This document shows, in pieces, positions 16,908 to 26,446 of a DNA stretch of 64,000 nt; within the stretch, counting starts at the first letter, position 1, and the number at the start of each line of letters is the position of its first letter. The notes beneath the pieces were generated by a model, which saw only the letters and a list, made by a program, of their open reading frames with translations, had not been told where the DNA came from and made no database searches. The translations under genes and the position numbers were made by a program. The DNA comes from Candidatus Levyibacteriota bacterium. Lineage in GTDB: Bacteria > Patescibacteriota > Microgenomatia > Levybacterales > UBA12049. The stretch covers positions 9,645 to 73,644 of the forward strand of contig JACPLG010000003.1 of NCBI GenBank assembly GCA_016186625.1. Direction: 5' to 3'.

Positions 16908-17860
16908 GAAGGCTCTACATAACACTTGCTCTACTTACCGCAGTAGTGATTCTTTCCTTAGCATGGTGGGTCAGAGGAAACGCTGCGGCTAATCCCAATG
17001 ATAACAGCCCAAAGATATTTGTAATAGAGAAAGGTCAGGGAGTAAGGACAATTGCCAGAAATTTAAAAGACCAGGGACTCATAAAAGATCAGGTTGTCTT
17101 CTTTCTGCTCACAAAAAAACTTGGACTTGACCAAAAAATTCAAGCGGGAAGCTTTAGGCTTAATCCCGGGATGAGAGCCTCGGAAATTGCAAATCAACTA
17201 ACGGTGGGCACACTTGATGTTTGGGTCACAGTTCCCGAAGGGCAAAGAGCCGGAGAAATTGGAGACATACTTGAAAAGACAATGCCAAATTACGATCCTT
17301 CCTGGGAGGCCGCACTTGGAAAAAATGAAGGCTTCCTTTTTCCGGATACTTACCTTTTTCCAAAAGACTCAACGGTTGAGACAATAATTAAAATCATGAC
17401 AGCTAATTTTGAGGAAAAGTATAAGACTCTTGATACTTCAAAAGTTGATTTTTCAAAAGAAGAAATTACTACAATTGCCTCGCTCATTGAAAGAGAAGCA
17501 AGACACGACGAGGATAGACCGCTTGTTTCAAGTGTAATTCATAATAGACTGGGCCTGGGAATGAAACTAGATGTTGATGCGACTTTGCAATATGTTCTAG
17601 GTTATCAAAAAGATCAAAAAAGATGGTGGAAAGAGGGACTAACAGATCAGGACAAATTAATTAGATCTCCTTACAATACTTATCAAGTGGCCGGGCTCCC
17701 TCCAGGACCGATCTCAAATCCCGGACTTTTGAGTCTTGAAGCCGCAGTAAACCCTGCGCAAACCGATTACCTTTACTATATTACGGACTCAACCGGAACT
17801 AATAGATACGCCAAAACTTTTGAGCAGCACCAAGAAAATATTGAAAAATACGGCCTCTAG
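16904..17860 (+). CDS. mltG: Endolytic murein transglycosylase MltG (YceG-like)
   Basis: N-terminal TM; EGFLFPDTY; SPYNTYQVAGLPPGPISNPG; DYLYYI. All are conserved YceG motifs. Confidence 0.85.
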   Translation: MRRLYITLALLTAVVILSLAWWVRGNAAANPNDNSPKIFVIEKGQGVRTIARNLKDQGLIKDQVVFFLLTKKLGLDQKIQAGSFRLNPGMRASEIANQLTVGTLDVWVTVPEGQRAGEIGDILEKTMPNYDPSWEAALGKNEGFLFPDTYLFPKDSTVETIIKIMTANFEEKYKTLDTSKVDFSKEEITTIASLIEREARHDEDRPLVSSVIHNRLGLGMKLDVDATLQYVLGYQKDQKRWWKEGLTDQDKLIRSPYNTYQVAGLPPGPISNPGLLSLEAAVNPAQTDYLYYITDSTGTNRYAKTFEQHQENIEKYGL

Positions 17861-18030
17861 ATCATAGAAGTATCACAGGTACCAAAGGTATCAGATGTAT
17901 CAAAGGGGGAATTTGAGCGAGGGGTGGTGCGAGTGGAAGGGATCCCGACAGCGCTCAGGCGAGTGAATCGTCGACGAGCACTGGCGGGAGGGAGAACGAG
18001 CGACAGGACCCCGAGCGACTAAACAAATAG

Positions 18031-18360
18031 TTAATTTTTGGGGGGGGATTTTTTGAAGAATCTTTTTACCGCAGGCTTTGGAGGTTTGCTACCGTTCCCA
18101 TCTCCGTCTGAGGCATCTGTAACCTCAATTGAATCCTGGATCTCTCCTATTTTCTCTTCCAATTTATTAAGTTGTGTCTTTGTTCCTTTTTTAGCCTCAT
18201 TCTCAATCTCGCGGGCAATTTCCCCAAGCCCAGCAAATCCATCCTCGGTTATAGCTTTTAGGATTTTATTTCCTTTTTTTGTTCCAAGTAGAAAAACCCC
18301 TATACCTCCAACAATAAGTCCTAATAAAAATCCATCAGAAAATCTAGAACTATTTCCCAT
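18031..18360 (-). CDS. Small membrane protein (YtxH-like)
   Basis: ORF track; single N-terminal TM plus coiled-coil-like region; the C-terminal SPP is encoded by a C8/G8 homopolymer. Confidence 0.45.
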   Translation of the reverse strand: MGNSSRFSDGFLLGLIVGGIGVFLLGTKKGNKILKAITEDGFAGLGEIAREIENEAKKGTKTQLNKLEEKIGEIQDSIEVTDASDGDGNGSKPPKPAVKRFFKKSPPKN

Positions 18361-18718
18361 TTTCCTTCTCCTCTCTCTTATCCTTAGTTTGCTCGTCTCG
18401 CTGCGAAGCAGGCCGATCGGAATCGTCTTCTGACACTTTTTTTATAATTCTTGCAATAACTCCTCCGGCCTTAAGCCCCATCAAAAGAGAAGACAAACCA
18501 GAAATGGGAGCAGAAACGCTTTCTGTAATCTGCCCTGTATTATCCAAAACTTTATTTGCTTTTGAAATGGTCTTGCGAAGGTCTCTTAGAATAAAAAATA
18601 CTTGAATTCCCAAAACCATTAGAAGTATGGTAAGGGTTATAATTACTATAAATAAAAGAATTTGGGCAGGGTCAAACATTGCAATATTAAACTTATACCA
18701 ACAAGTAGTTGGTGTCAA
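18350..18718 (-). CDS. Small membrane protein (DUF948-like); true start probably the internal M at ~18679
   Basis: ORF track; TM ILLFIVIITLTILLMVLGIQVFFIL. Confidence 0.45.
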   Translation of the reverse strand: MTPTTCWYKFNIAMFDPAQILLFIVIITLTILLMVLGIQVFFILRDLRKTISKANKVLDNTGQITESVSAPISGLSSLLMGLKAGGVIARIIKKVSEDDSDRPASQRDEQTKDKREEKENGK

Positions 18719-18733
18719 GATATCTTCACTATA

Positions 18734-19372
18734 TCAATTACCTGGTTCTACATTAATATTTCGCTCAAGCACACTCACTCTTCCAAACTTATTTTCAACC
18801 TGAAAAATAAGCGTCCTTCGTCCCGGAAAAACGCTGATTTGTTTTTTAAAATTCCCATCACTATCAATCGGGATCTGCTCCCCATCAACAGTGAGTGTTG
18901 CATTTGGATCTGTTTCTCCTTCTACCTCAACAGTTAAGGAGTTAATTGTTTGGTTTTCGGAAGGAGAATCAACTTCCAGACCTGGGTCAAAAAGAGCAGA
19001 TCTATACTGAAAAAATAAAAAAGCAACAACAACTATAAGAACTACACTTATTAGAAATGTACTTCTTCCTATTTTAAATTTAGGAATAGAAAATTCTGCG
19101 GAAGTAAGACCTTTTGGTAGAACTTCAATTGATCTTTTTTCATCAAATTCGCGTCTGAAAAGTGCCAGAGTCTTTTCAACGGGAAGCCCTAGGAATTTTG
19201 CATAATTGCGCACAAACCCATAAGCATAGGCTGGGGAAGGAAGTTTTTTATGATCTCCCCGCTCAATTGCCTCTAGAAACTCTTCTCTTATTTTTGTAGC
19301 TTTTGCTACCTCTTCTATGGACAAATTTTGTTTTTTGCGCTCTTCTGCAAACTGCGCACCTACTCTTATCAT
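18734..19372 (-). CDS. RodZ-like cytoskeleton protein (N-terminal HTH, single TM)
   Basis: N-terminal XRE-like HTH (LSIEEVAKATKIREEFLEAIERGD ... YAYGFVRNYAKFLGL) followed by a TM helix. Confidence 0.6.
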   Translation of the reverse strand: MIRVGAQFAEERKKQNLSIEEVAKATKIREEFLEAIERGDHKKLPSPAYAYGFVRNYAKFLGLPVEKTLALFRREFDEKRSIEVLPKGLTSAEFSIPKFKIGRSTFLISVVLIVVVAFLFFQYRSALFDPGLEVDSPSENQTINSLTVEVEGETDPNATLTVDGEQIPIDSDGNFKKQISVFPGRRTLIFQVENKFGRVSVLERNINVEPGN

Positions 19373-19381
19373 TGTTTTCGG

Positions 19382-21469
19382 TTAAACCTGCTGTTCTCCT
19401 ATTATTTGGGAAGGGTCTTTAATTAAAACGTCTCGAGGCTTGCTGCCTTCAGCATGTCCCACAATTCCCTCTGACTCAAGCTGGTCCAAGATTCGGGCAG
19501 CTCTGGAGTATCCGATTGAAAGACGGCGTTGAAGAAGGGAAGCTGATGCTTTATCATATTCACAGATTATTCTCACCGCATCCGCAAATAAATTGTCTCT
19601 CCCGTCCGCTCCCGTGCCGAGACCTGCTCTTTTAGAAGTGTATGGCGTTGAAACAATTTCCTCGGTATACTCAACTGCCGGAGATTTTGCCTTAAGAAAA
19701 TCAACCAACTTTTTTACTTCTTTTTCCGAAATGTACGCTCCCTGAATGCGAGTTGGTTTGGCTTGATCAGGAGGAATATAAAGCATATCTCCTCGGCCCA
19801 GCAACTTTTCACCCCCGGGCATATCTATAATTACCCGCGAATCTATCATTGATGTAACATTAAATGCAATTCTGCAAGGGATATTTGCTTTTATTAAACC
19901 TGTAATAACGTCGACTGACGGACGTTGTGTTGAAACGATAAGATGTATGCCTGTTGCGCGGGCCATCTGGGCAAGACGGGCAATTGTATCTTCAACCTCA
20001 ACCGGAGCAAAGGCCATCAAATCTGCAAGCTCATCAATAAAAATAACTATATAGGGAAGCGCCTGAAACCCTGCAAGCTCATTATAACCATCAATATTTC
20101 TAACTCCCCTCTCGGCAAATGTTTTGTAGCGCCGATCCATTTCATTTGTTGCCCACTTAAGAGCAGAAAGTATTTTTTCAACGTCAACTATAATAGGTAC
20201 CATCAAATGCGGAATTCCGTTATATCCGGTTAATTCCACCCTTTTTGGATCTATCAGAATTAATTTTACCTCCTCAGGGCTGGCGCGAAACAATAGGGAA
20301 GAAATAAACGAATTCATTAGAACTGATTTTCCTGATCCTGTTGTTCCGGCAACTAAAACATGGGGCATTTTCCCAATATCTGCAATAATCGGATTCCCGG
20401 ATACATCAAGCCCTAGGGAGACTATAAGCTTTGATTTGCTCTTCCGCATAAGGTCTGAGGAAAGCATTGTTCTAAGAGGTACTATTTCTAAGGATCTATT
20501 GGGAATTTCTATTCCAACCAGATTTCTTCCGGGAATTGGAGCTTCAATTCTGATTTGTCCCGTAGGGGCACGGGTATTGAGTGCAAGGTCGTTTGCCAGT
20601 GACGTAATTCTAGAAACTTTGGTGCCCAAGGCAATTTCAAGCGCGTATTGTGTTACTGCCGGGCCTAAGTTTACTTCGACTACTTTTGCGGTAATTCCAA
20701 AGCTCTGAAGTGTTTTCTCAATTACGGTGGCTGTCTCTTTTGGGTCTCCCCGGTCAGCTTTTCCTCCTTCCATCTCGGAAAGCAAATCAAGCGGCGGATA
20801 TTCCCAGATAAGTCCTGATGAAAGTTTATTTGAAACAAGTTTTTCTGAAATTAAAGATTCGTCTCTTTTCACAGCGTTTGAAACAATTGCCGGACCCCCC
20901 TTATTAAACTGGGAATCTTTAATTGTCATTTGTCTGTTAAGAAACGAGTCTGTCTTTTTCTTAAAAAATGAGGCCGGGACTAATTTGCCAATTGTTTTTT
21001 TGACTCCTAATAACCCTTTGACAATTTCATCCACCGAGGTATCAAATAAAACTACCAGGCCAATAAATATTCCTGCCAAAAATACCATAAAAGTTCCAAT
21101 CGGAGAAATAACTTCAGAAACATTGGCAAAAAGGAGCTGTCCTAGGTAGCCTGATCTAAAAAGTACAACTGCTGAACCGAATACCAATAGAAACCCAATA
21201 GCGACATTTGGACGAGATAGGGCGAATTTTGTTTTAAAAAATAAAAACCCAAAAAGAATTAGAACAAATCCTAGAAAAAATGAGAAAGGTCCAAAATATT
21301 GTCTGATGAGCGTATTGACGTAGATAAAATTGCTGCCGTAGCCTGTAAATGAGAGGAAAATGAAAAATCCTGCTAAAATCAGCCCAAATGCAAAAATGGT
21401 ATAAATTGTCTTTTTTCTTAGCTTTACTCTAAATTTAGCACGCCTACCGTAAGGCCCACGTCTTGCCAT
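19382..21469 (-). CDS. ftsK: DNA translocase FtsK/SpoIIIE
   Basis: N-terminal TM helices, Walker A VLVAGTTGSGKSV, C-terminal gamma winged-helix domain (DNLFADAVRIICEYDKASASLLQRRLSIGYSRAARILDQLE). Confidence 0.9.
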   Translation of the reverse strand: MARRGPYGRRAKFRVKLRKKTIYTIFAFGLILAGFFIFLSFTGYGSNFIYVNTLIRQYFGPFSFFLGFVLILFGFLFFKTKFALSRPNVAIGFLLVFGSAVVLFRSGYLGQLLFANVSEVISPIGTFMVFLAGIFIGLVVLFDTSVDEIVKGLLGVKKTIGKLVPASFFKKKTDSFLNRQMTIKDSQFNKGGPAIVSNAVKRDESLISEKLVSNKLSSGLIWEYPPLDLLSEMEGGKADRGDPKETATVIEKTLQSFGITAKVVEVNLGPAVTQYALEIALGTKVSRITSLANDLALNTRAPTGQIRIEAPIPGRNLVGIEIPNRSLEIVPLRTMLSSDLMRKSKSKLIVSLGLDVSGNPIIADIGKMPHVLVAGTTGSGKSVLMNSFISSLLFRASPEEVKLILIDPKRVELTGYNGIPHLMVPIIVDVEKILSALKWATNEMDRRYKTFAERGVRNIDGYNELAGFQALPYIVIFIDELADLMAFAPVEVEDTIARLAQMARATGIHLIVSTQRPSVDVITGLIKANIPCRIAFNVTSMIDSRVIIDMPGGEKLLGRGDMLYIPPDQAKPTRIQGAYISEKEVKKLVDFLKAKSPAVEYTEEIVSTPYTSKRAGLGTGADGRDNLFADAVRIICEYDKASASLLQRRLSIGYSRAARILDQLESEGIVGHAEGSKPRDVLIKDPSQIIGEQQV

Positions 21470-21531
21470 AATAACTTATTATAAACGCTAGGATAAAGGA
21501 GTACAAGAAAAGAGGGGAAGAGAGAAGTATG

Positions 21532-21810
21532 TTATCCCTCTCCGTTGGATTTCCGATAAACAGTGTCACCTTCACCGAGCCTTTTTATTGCGATAGGTGC
21601 TCTTTGCAAACCCAAATCAGGAGAAAAAAATATTAATTCTGCTTGGGCATTTCCTTCCCTATCTACACTTATTCCTAATCCCTCAGCTATGAATCTTCCC
21701 CCTCTTAATCCTTGCTGCCACCTAATCAAATCATATTTTGCTAAACTTCCGCGGCCCATACTTCCCGCTTTGGCTACATCCATTGGTGTAGGCGTTCCTC
21801 GATCTGTCAT
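21532..21810 (-). CDS. Hypothetical protein (92 aa from the internal Met; the track ORF extends to 22131 through a repeat-rich region)
   Basis: The N-terminal part of the track ORF is low-complexity and overlaps the intergenic repeat region, so the start was placed at MTDRGTPTP. Confidence 0.35.
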   Translation of the reverse strand: MTDRGTPTPMDVAKAGSMGRGSLAKYDLIRWQQGLRGGRFIAEGLGISVDREGNAQAELIFFSPDLGLQRAPIAIKRLGEGDTVYRKSNGEG

Positions 21811-22137
21811 GCGAACATAATAGATTAATAAATTTAGGATATCTTGACTCAAAAACAATTTTTTTCTGACACATTCCTGACAAAAGAATATATCAAATAG
21901 TAAAAAGTAAATAGAGAATATACATAGAAAATATGAGATAGAATAGCCGGCGGGTGTCCCCAATATCAGAATACTCAGAAAACTCAGATTGCCAGAGAAT
22001 TCAGATGATCCGATTTTCAGAAACCCGGAATTCTGAAACACTGGTTTTCCGAGAATATCTGGTCTGCTGAGTATTCCGAGTTTTCCGAAACTAGACGGAC
22101 TCTGGATATTTGCCAAACCAAATCTAAACAATTAAAA

Positions 22138-23439
22138 TTGAAGCCTATGAATCCGAATTTAATAGAGCAAAGCTATCCTATTGACTTTCGCAAAGATGAG
22201 GCGCAAAGTCTTGGAAATCATATCAAGAACCGCCGCTCTGTGGTCTTGGCCGGAATGAAAAGGGTAGGAATTAGTAATTTCTTACGTTTCTTTTTATATC
22301 ACGACGAGATTGCAAAAAAATATTTAGACGATAAGAACTATTTCATAGTTCCAGTGGACCTTAACGATTTAGTAGAGCGGGAGATTTATCCCTTCTGGGT
22401 TCTCACTTTCAAGCGCTTGGCGGATGCTGTTGAAAAGAGGGATATGCCCCAAAAAATCAAAAAGCAAATTGATTTTTATTTTTCAGACAGCATCCAGTCT
22501 CAAGATCTATTCTTAACGATTGATTTTTTGCGAAAGAGCTTGGTCCTTTTATGTGATCAGGGCTATCTTCCTACCATTTTTCTCATAAGATTTGATCGTA
22601 TGAAAGATGCGCTAAGTCATGATCTTTTTGCAAATATCCAGGGACTTTTGGACGCAACACATAATAGGCTTTCATATATATTTACCAGCGCAAGAGCGCT
22701 TGATCATATTGAACCTTCTATTTTTACCCGTCAGGAGGTATTGGTTTTCTCTGATAACGTTTATGTAAAACCTGCCAAAAAAATAGATGCGCAAATTATT
22801 TTTAATTCAAGCATTAAGCAATATAATTTAAAGCTAAACGGTCAAGCAGTAAAAGAATTGCTCAGGCTGGTTGACGGTCATGCTCAATATCTTTTATTTG
22901 CTCTGATTTCCTTAAAAGAACTTGGTCCAAACATAAAAACAAATGAACTTTTTGAATTTCTAAAAAAAGATGAGCGAATTTCTTTGCAGTCCGAAGAGCT
23001 ATGGGAAAGTTTAACCTCAACTGAGCAGGATATTTTATTAAAGATAGTTGGTAAAAAAGGGCTGTCAGACAAAGAATTCAAACAAGCTGAATATTTAATT
23101 AATACCGGATTTTTTGATTCAAAAACTCTTAAAATTTTTAGTCCTATTTTTAATCACTTTATTAAAACTAAGGCGGAAGAAAAGAAGAAAGAAAAAGGAG
23201 GAGGGGAATTTTCAAAAAAAGAAAATCTTCTTTTAACTTTTCTTGAGGAAAACAAAAATGAGATTTGCGAAAGAGAGCAAATTATAGAAGCAGTCTGGCC
23301 GGAGACTGAAAGCTTAGGTGTGACTGACTGGGCAATTGACAGATTGGTTGCAAGAGTGAGAAATAAACTTAAAGACCGTGATAAGAATTACGAAATTGTC
23401 ACTATTAAAACCCGTGGTTATAAATTAATTGATAAATAA
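22138..23439 (+). CDS. Putative regulator: N-terminal degenerate P-loop/ATPase-like domain with C-terminal OmpR/PhoB-type winged-helix DNA-binding domain
   Basis: C-terminus ICEREQIIEAVWPE...DWAIDRLVARVRNKL...IVTIKTRGYKLI matches the trans_reg_C signature. N-terminus RSVVLAGMKRVGISNFL looks like a degenerate Walker A. Confidence 0.55.
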   Translation: MKPMNPNLIEQSYPIDFRKDEAQSLGNHIKNRRSVVLAGMKRVGISNFLRFFLYHDEIAKKYLDDKNYFIVPVDLNDLVEREIYPFWVLTFKRLADAVEKRDMPQKIKKQIDFYFSDSIQSQDLFLTIDFLRKSLVLLCDQGYLPTIFLIRFDRMKDALSHDLFANIQGLLDATHNRLSYIFTSARALDHIEPSIFTRQEVLVFSDNVYVKPAKKIDAQIIFNSSIKQYNLKLNGQAVKELLRLVDGHAQYLLFALISLKELGPNIKTNELFEFLKKDERISLQSEELWESLTSTEQDILLKIVGKKGLSDKEFKQAEYLINTGFFDSKTLKIFSPIFNHFIKTKAEEKKKEKGGGEFSKKENLLLTFLEENKNEICEREQIIEAVWPETESLGVTDWAIDRLVARVRNKLKDRDKNYEIVTIKTRGYKLIDK

Positions 23440-23441
23440 TA

Positions 23442-24038
23442 ATGGATAAAGCTTTTGCGCATTTTAAAAAAGTTGACTCCGCTCTTTATGAAATCGCACT
23501 TCAAGTTGAGCTAAAAGAACTTGTCAAACCAGAAGATCCTTTTGTTGATTTGGTTGAGTCAATTATTAATCAGCAGTTATCAGATAAAGCAGCCGCATCG
23601 ATATTTGGAAGATTCAAAAAATTATTTCCCCGCGAACAAATAAGTCCCGAAAAACTTCTCAAATTATCAGATCAAAAAATAAGAAAAGCCGGTATTTCTT
23701 TCAGCAAAATAAAATACATAAAAGGAATCGCGAAGGAAATAAAAGATAATAAATTAAATCTAATATCTCTCGAAGGTTTAGCTGATGAAGAAGTTATAAA
23801 TGAACTAACTAAACTTAAAGGAGTAGGACAGTGGACTGCAGAAATGTTTTTAATGTTCACTCTAGGAAGAAAAGATGTTTTTTCAACTGGTGATTTAGGA
23901 CTTCAGAATGCTATGATCAAACTATATAAACTTAAAAACAAACCCAACCGAGAAAAAATTTTGGAAATTTCTTCTAAATGGTCGCCATACAGAACTATTG
24001 CCAGTCGAATCCTCTGGAAGAGTCTTGAGCTTAAATAA
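23442..24038 (+). CDS. HhH-GPD superfamily DNA glycosylase (AlkA-like 3-methyladenine DNA glycosylase II)
   Basis: LTKLKGVGQWTAEMFLMFTLGRKDVFSTGDLGLQ is an HhH-GPD motif with the catalytic Asp. Confidence 0.7.
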   Translation: MDKAFAHFKKVDSALYEIALQVELKELVKPEDPFVDLVESIINQQLSDKAAASIFGRFKKLFPREQISPEKLLKLSDQKIRKAGISFSKIKYIKGIAKEIKDNKLNLISLEGLADEEVINELTKLKGVGQWTAEMFLMFTLGRKDVFSTGDLGLQNAMIKLYKLKNKPNREKILEISSKWSPYRTIASRILWKSLELK

Positions 24039-24045
24039 CCAACTA

Positions 24046-24720
24046 TCAAACTAGCTCCCAGACGTTAAGGTCACCATTTTTAAGAGGGATTTCACCCTTC
24101 CAGCCTTTTACAACCATATCTGCAACCGCTCCCGGATCTGCACCTGTTTGAAAATTCCACATTTCGGTCTTCACAGCGCCCGGTGAAACACTAAAAATTT
24201 TAAGATCCGGATACTCAAGCGCCAAACTTTTGGTGAAACCGATCACTCCGAACTTCGTCGCACAATATACGCTTCTTCCGGGGTAGGGGATATGTCCTGC
24301 GCGGCTGGAAATATTAATTATTCCTTCTTTAATCTGCGGAAGAGCGGCACAAGTCATTTTAATCATCCCTTCAAGATTTGTCCTTAGTTGGTTTTCTATC
24401 TCTTCAAATGTTTCTTGCTCAAATTTCTCCCAGCCTATTACCCCTGCATTATTAATTAATATATCAATATGACCAAATTTCTCTTCGGTTTTAGTGATAG
24501 CGTCCTTAATACTTGTATCTTCTTTAATATTTAATTTAACTACCAAAACTTCAGGGGAGCCAAGCTGAGCGCATTTGTCTGCCACTTTTTGCGCGCCCGC
24601 ACCATCACTGTTATAAGTAACAACTATTCTTGCTTTTTCTTTGGCAAAAGCATAGGCAATTGCTTCTCCAATACCTTTGCTTGCGCCTGTTATTAAGACA
24701 ATTTTATTTGATAAATCCAT
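24046..24720 (-). CDS. Short-chain dehydrogenase/reductase (SDR) family oxidoreductase
   Basis: ITGASKGIG (TGxxxGxG), NNAG, and YCATK as the YxxxK catalytic motif. Confidence 0.85.
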   Translation of the reverse strand: MDLSNKIVLITGASKGIGEAIAYAFAKEKARIVVTYNSDGAGAQKVADKCAQLGSPEVLVVKLNIKEDTSIKDAITKTEEKFGHIDILINNAGVIGWEKFEQETFEEIENQLRTNLEGMIKMTCAALPQIKEGIINISSRAGHIPYPGRSVYCATKFGVIGFTKSLALEYPDLKIFSVSPGAVKTEMWNFQTGADPGAVADMVVKGWKGEIPLKNGDLNVWELV

Positions 24721-25163
24721 TAATTACCTCTTTGGTAAGTTCCCACAAGCTGCGCTTTATCAATAATGCTCCCATCTATCTCTCTTTCCAACTCTTCACG
24801 GCTAATATTTGGGGTTATATTTAACTTTCTGTTGAGCGCATAAATCTTAAAATAATAATGGTGCATGCCAGTTGGAGGACACGGAGGAAAATAGCCAACT
24901 CTACCCCCGCTGTTTAAACCCTGGATTGCTCCTTCAGGAACCCCTCCTTCTGGAATTTCTTTGATTTGGGGAGAAATGTTCCACATCATCCAGTGTGTGA
25001 AAGTACCATTTGGAGCGTCCGGATCATCCATTATTAGGGCTAGGCTTTGTGCATTGGCAGGAGTTTCCAAGATATCCAGATGAGGATTTATATTATCTCC
25101 ATCGCATGTATAAATTGTGGGAATTATTTGATTTTCCGAAAAAACAGGACTTTTTATTTTCAT
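24720..25163 (-). CDS. YbhB/YbcL family (PEBP-like) protein
   Basis: DPDAP...FTHW...GYFPPCPPTGMHHYYFKIYAL is the PEBP signature. Confidence 0.8.
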   Translation of the reverse strand: MKIKSPVFSENQIIPTIYTCDGDNINPHLDILETPANAQSLALIMDDPDAPNGTFTHWMMWNISPQIKEIPEGGVPEGAIQGLNSGGRVGYFPPCPPTGMHHYYFKIYALNRKLNITPNISREELEREIDGSIIDKAQLVGTYQRGN

Positions 25164-25490
25164 AGTTCGATTTTCCTCACTGATCTCTTCGAGTCCGAGC
25201 CCTCAGAGTCGAGGACCTGAGCGGAGTCGAACGGATCATGATTTAATTTTAACCCTTAAATCAAAAAAAGCAAGCTAATAATAATTCTCCTTGGTGCAGG
25301 AGGAGTTTTTTTATATAGCAGAAATAGTTCGCAGGAGCTTCAGCCAAATACGACAACCTCCGAAACTTCGCAAAATACACAATCAAGCTTAGGTAATACT
25401 CTTACATCACTTCTTAAATCTGGGAAAACTCAGCAGTGCAGTTTTTCTTATACAGATGCTGATGGGAGCTCCTCGCAGGGCGTTGCTTAC

Positions 25491-25910
25491 ATGTCGGGAA
25501 ATAAAATGCGAACTAATGTCATAATTACCTCCGATAACAAGCAATCAAACATTTATGTAATTAGGGATGGTGATACCAACTATATTTGGGGGTCTGAATT
25601 TCCTGATAATTCCGGGATTAAAATGACATTGAACTTAGATGAATTTGAAACTAGCGAGGACTCCAAAAAATATTTTGACCCAACAAGAAAAGTAGATTAT
25701 AAATGCAACGCCTGGACTGCTAACACAGCTATTTTTATCCCCCCATCAAACATTAAATTTTCCGACCTCTCGGAAATGATCCAGAGTATGATGAAGGTGT
25801 CTGTCACACCAACCAGTCTCCAAACATCGCCATCAGCTTCAAACTGCAGTATTTGCAATTCCTTAACAGGGGAGGCAAAAGACGCTTGTTTGCAACAGCT
25901 TGGCTGCTAA
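25491..25910 (+). CDS. Hypothetical secreted Cys-containing protein; ORF probably extends upstream (~25272) through a hydrophobic segment with no canonical ATG
   Basis: ORF track; the in-frame upstream region encodes KKSKLIIILLGAGGVFLY (signal/TM-like). Confidence 0.35.
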   Translation: MSGNKMRTNVIITSDNKQSNIYVIRDGDTNYIWGSEFPDNSGIKMTLNLDEFETSEDSKKYFDPTRKVDYKCNAWTANTAIFIPPSNIKFSDLSEMIQSMMKVSVTPTSLQTSPSASNCSICNSLTGEAKDACLQQLGC

Positions 25911-25957
25911 GTCCTTATTTGACTCTCATTTAAAAATCGTGTTAATATAAATAGGTA

Positions 25958-26446
25958 TTGAGAAAAAATCCGCTAATTCTTCTGGCAATTTTAATCCCTA
26001 CAGTAATTATAGCAATTTTGCTAGCATTTAATTTTACTGGGCGAAGTGTTAATCCCTTTGCCTCTCCGACTCCATTCCCAACCATTGCTTCGGATTCCGA
26101 AACAATATCTGATTCTATTACAACTGCTCCGGCTTCATCTGAAAATATTGAAATTCTATCGCCTCGCTCAGGAGACACTGTTGGGTCAGGCTTTGCTGTC
26201 AAAGGAAATGCCCGTACTTTTGAAAGTAATGTTGTAATTAGATTACTGGACTCAGAAGGCAATGTTTTAATTGAAACATATACTACTGCAAACGCGCCGG
26301 ACGCAGGGCAATTTGGCCCCTTTGAAAAAGTACTGGAGTTTCAAACAGATGATTCAGCCGGAACTTTAGATGTTTTCCAATACAGCGCAAAAGACGGCTC
26401 AGAAATTGACAAAGTCACAATCCCTGTCATTTTTAAGAAAAACTAA
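25958..26446 (+). CDS. Hypothetical secreted protein (N-terminal TM/signal, Ig-like Gmad2-type C-terminus suspected)
   Basis: ORF track; N-terminal hydrophobic segment. Confidence 0.45.
   Translation: MRKNPLILLAILIPTVIIAILLAFNFTGRSVNPFASPTPFPTIASDSETISDSITTAPASSENIEILSPRSGDTVGSGFAVKGNARTFESNVVIRLLDSEGNVLIETYTTANAPDAGQFGPFEKVLEFQTDDSAGTLDVFQYSAKDGSEIDKVTIPVIFKKN

Noticed and set aside
18041-18048. G8/C8 homopolymer tracts as possible phase-variation sites (also 33853-33860 and 60370-60377)
   Set aside because: All three encode Gly-Gly-Glu or Pro-Pro within conserved housekeeping or ordinary genes (infB, the UbiA-like gene, a small membrane protein). This looks like GGG GGG GAA codon usage rather than contingency loci.
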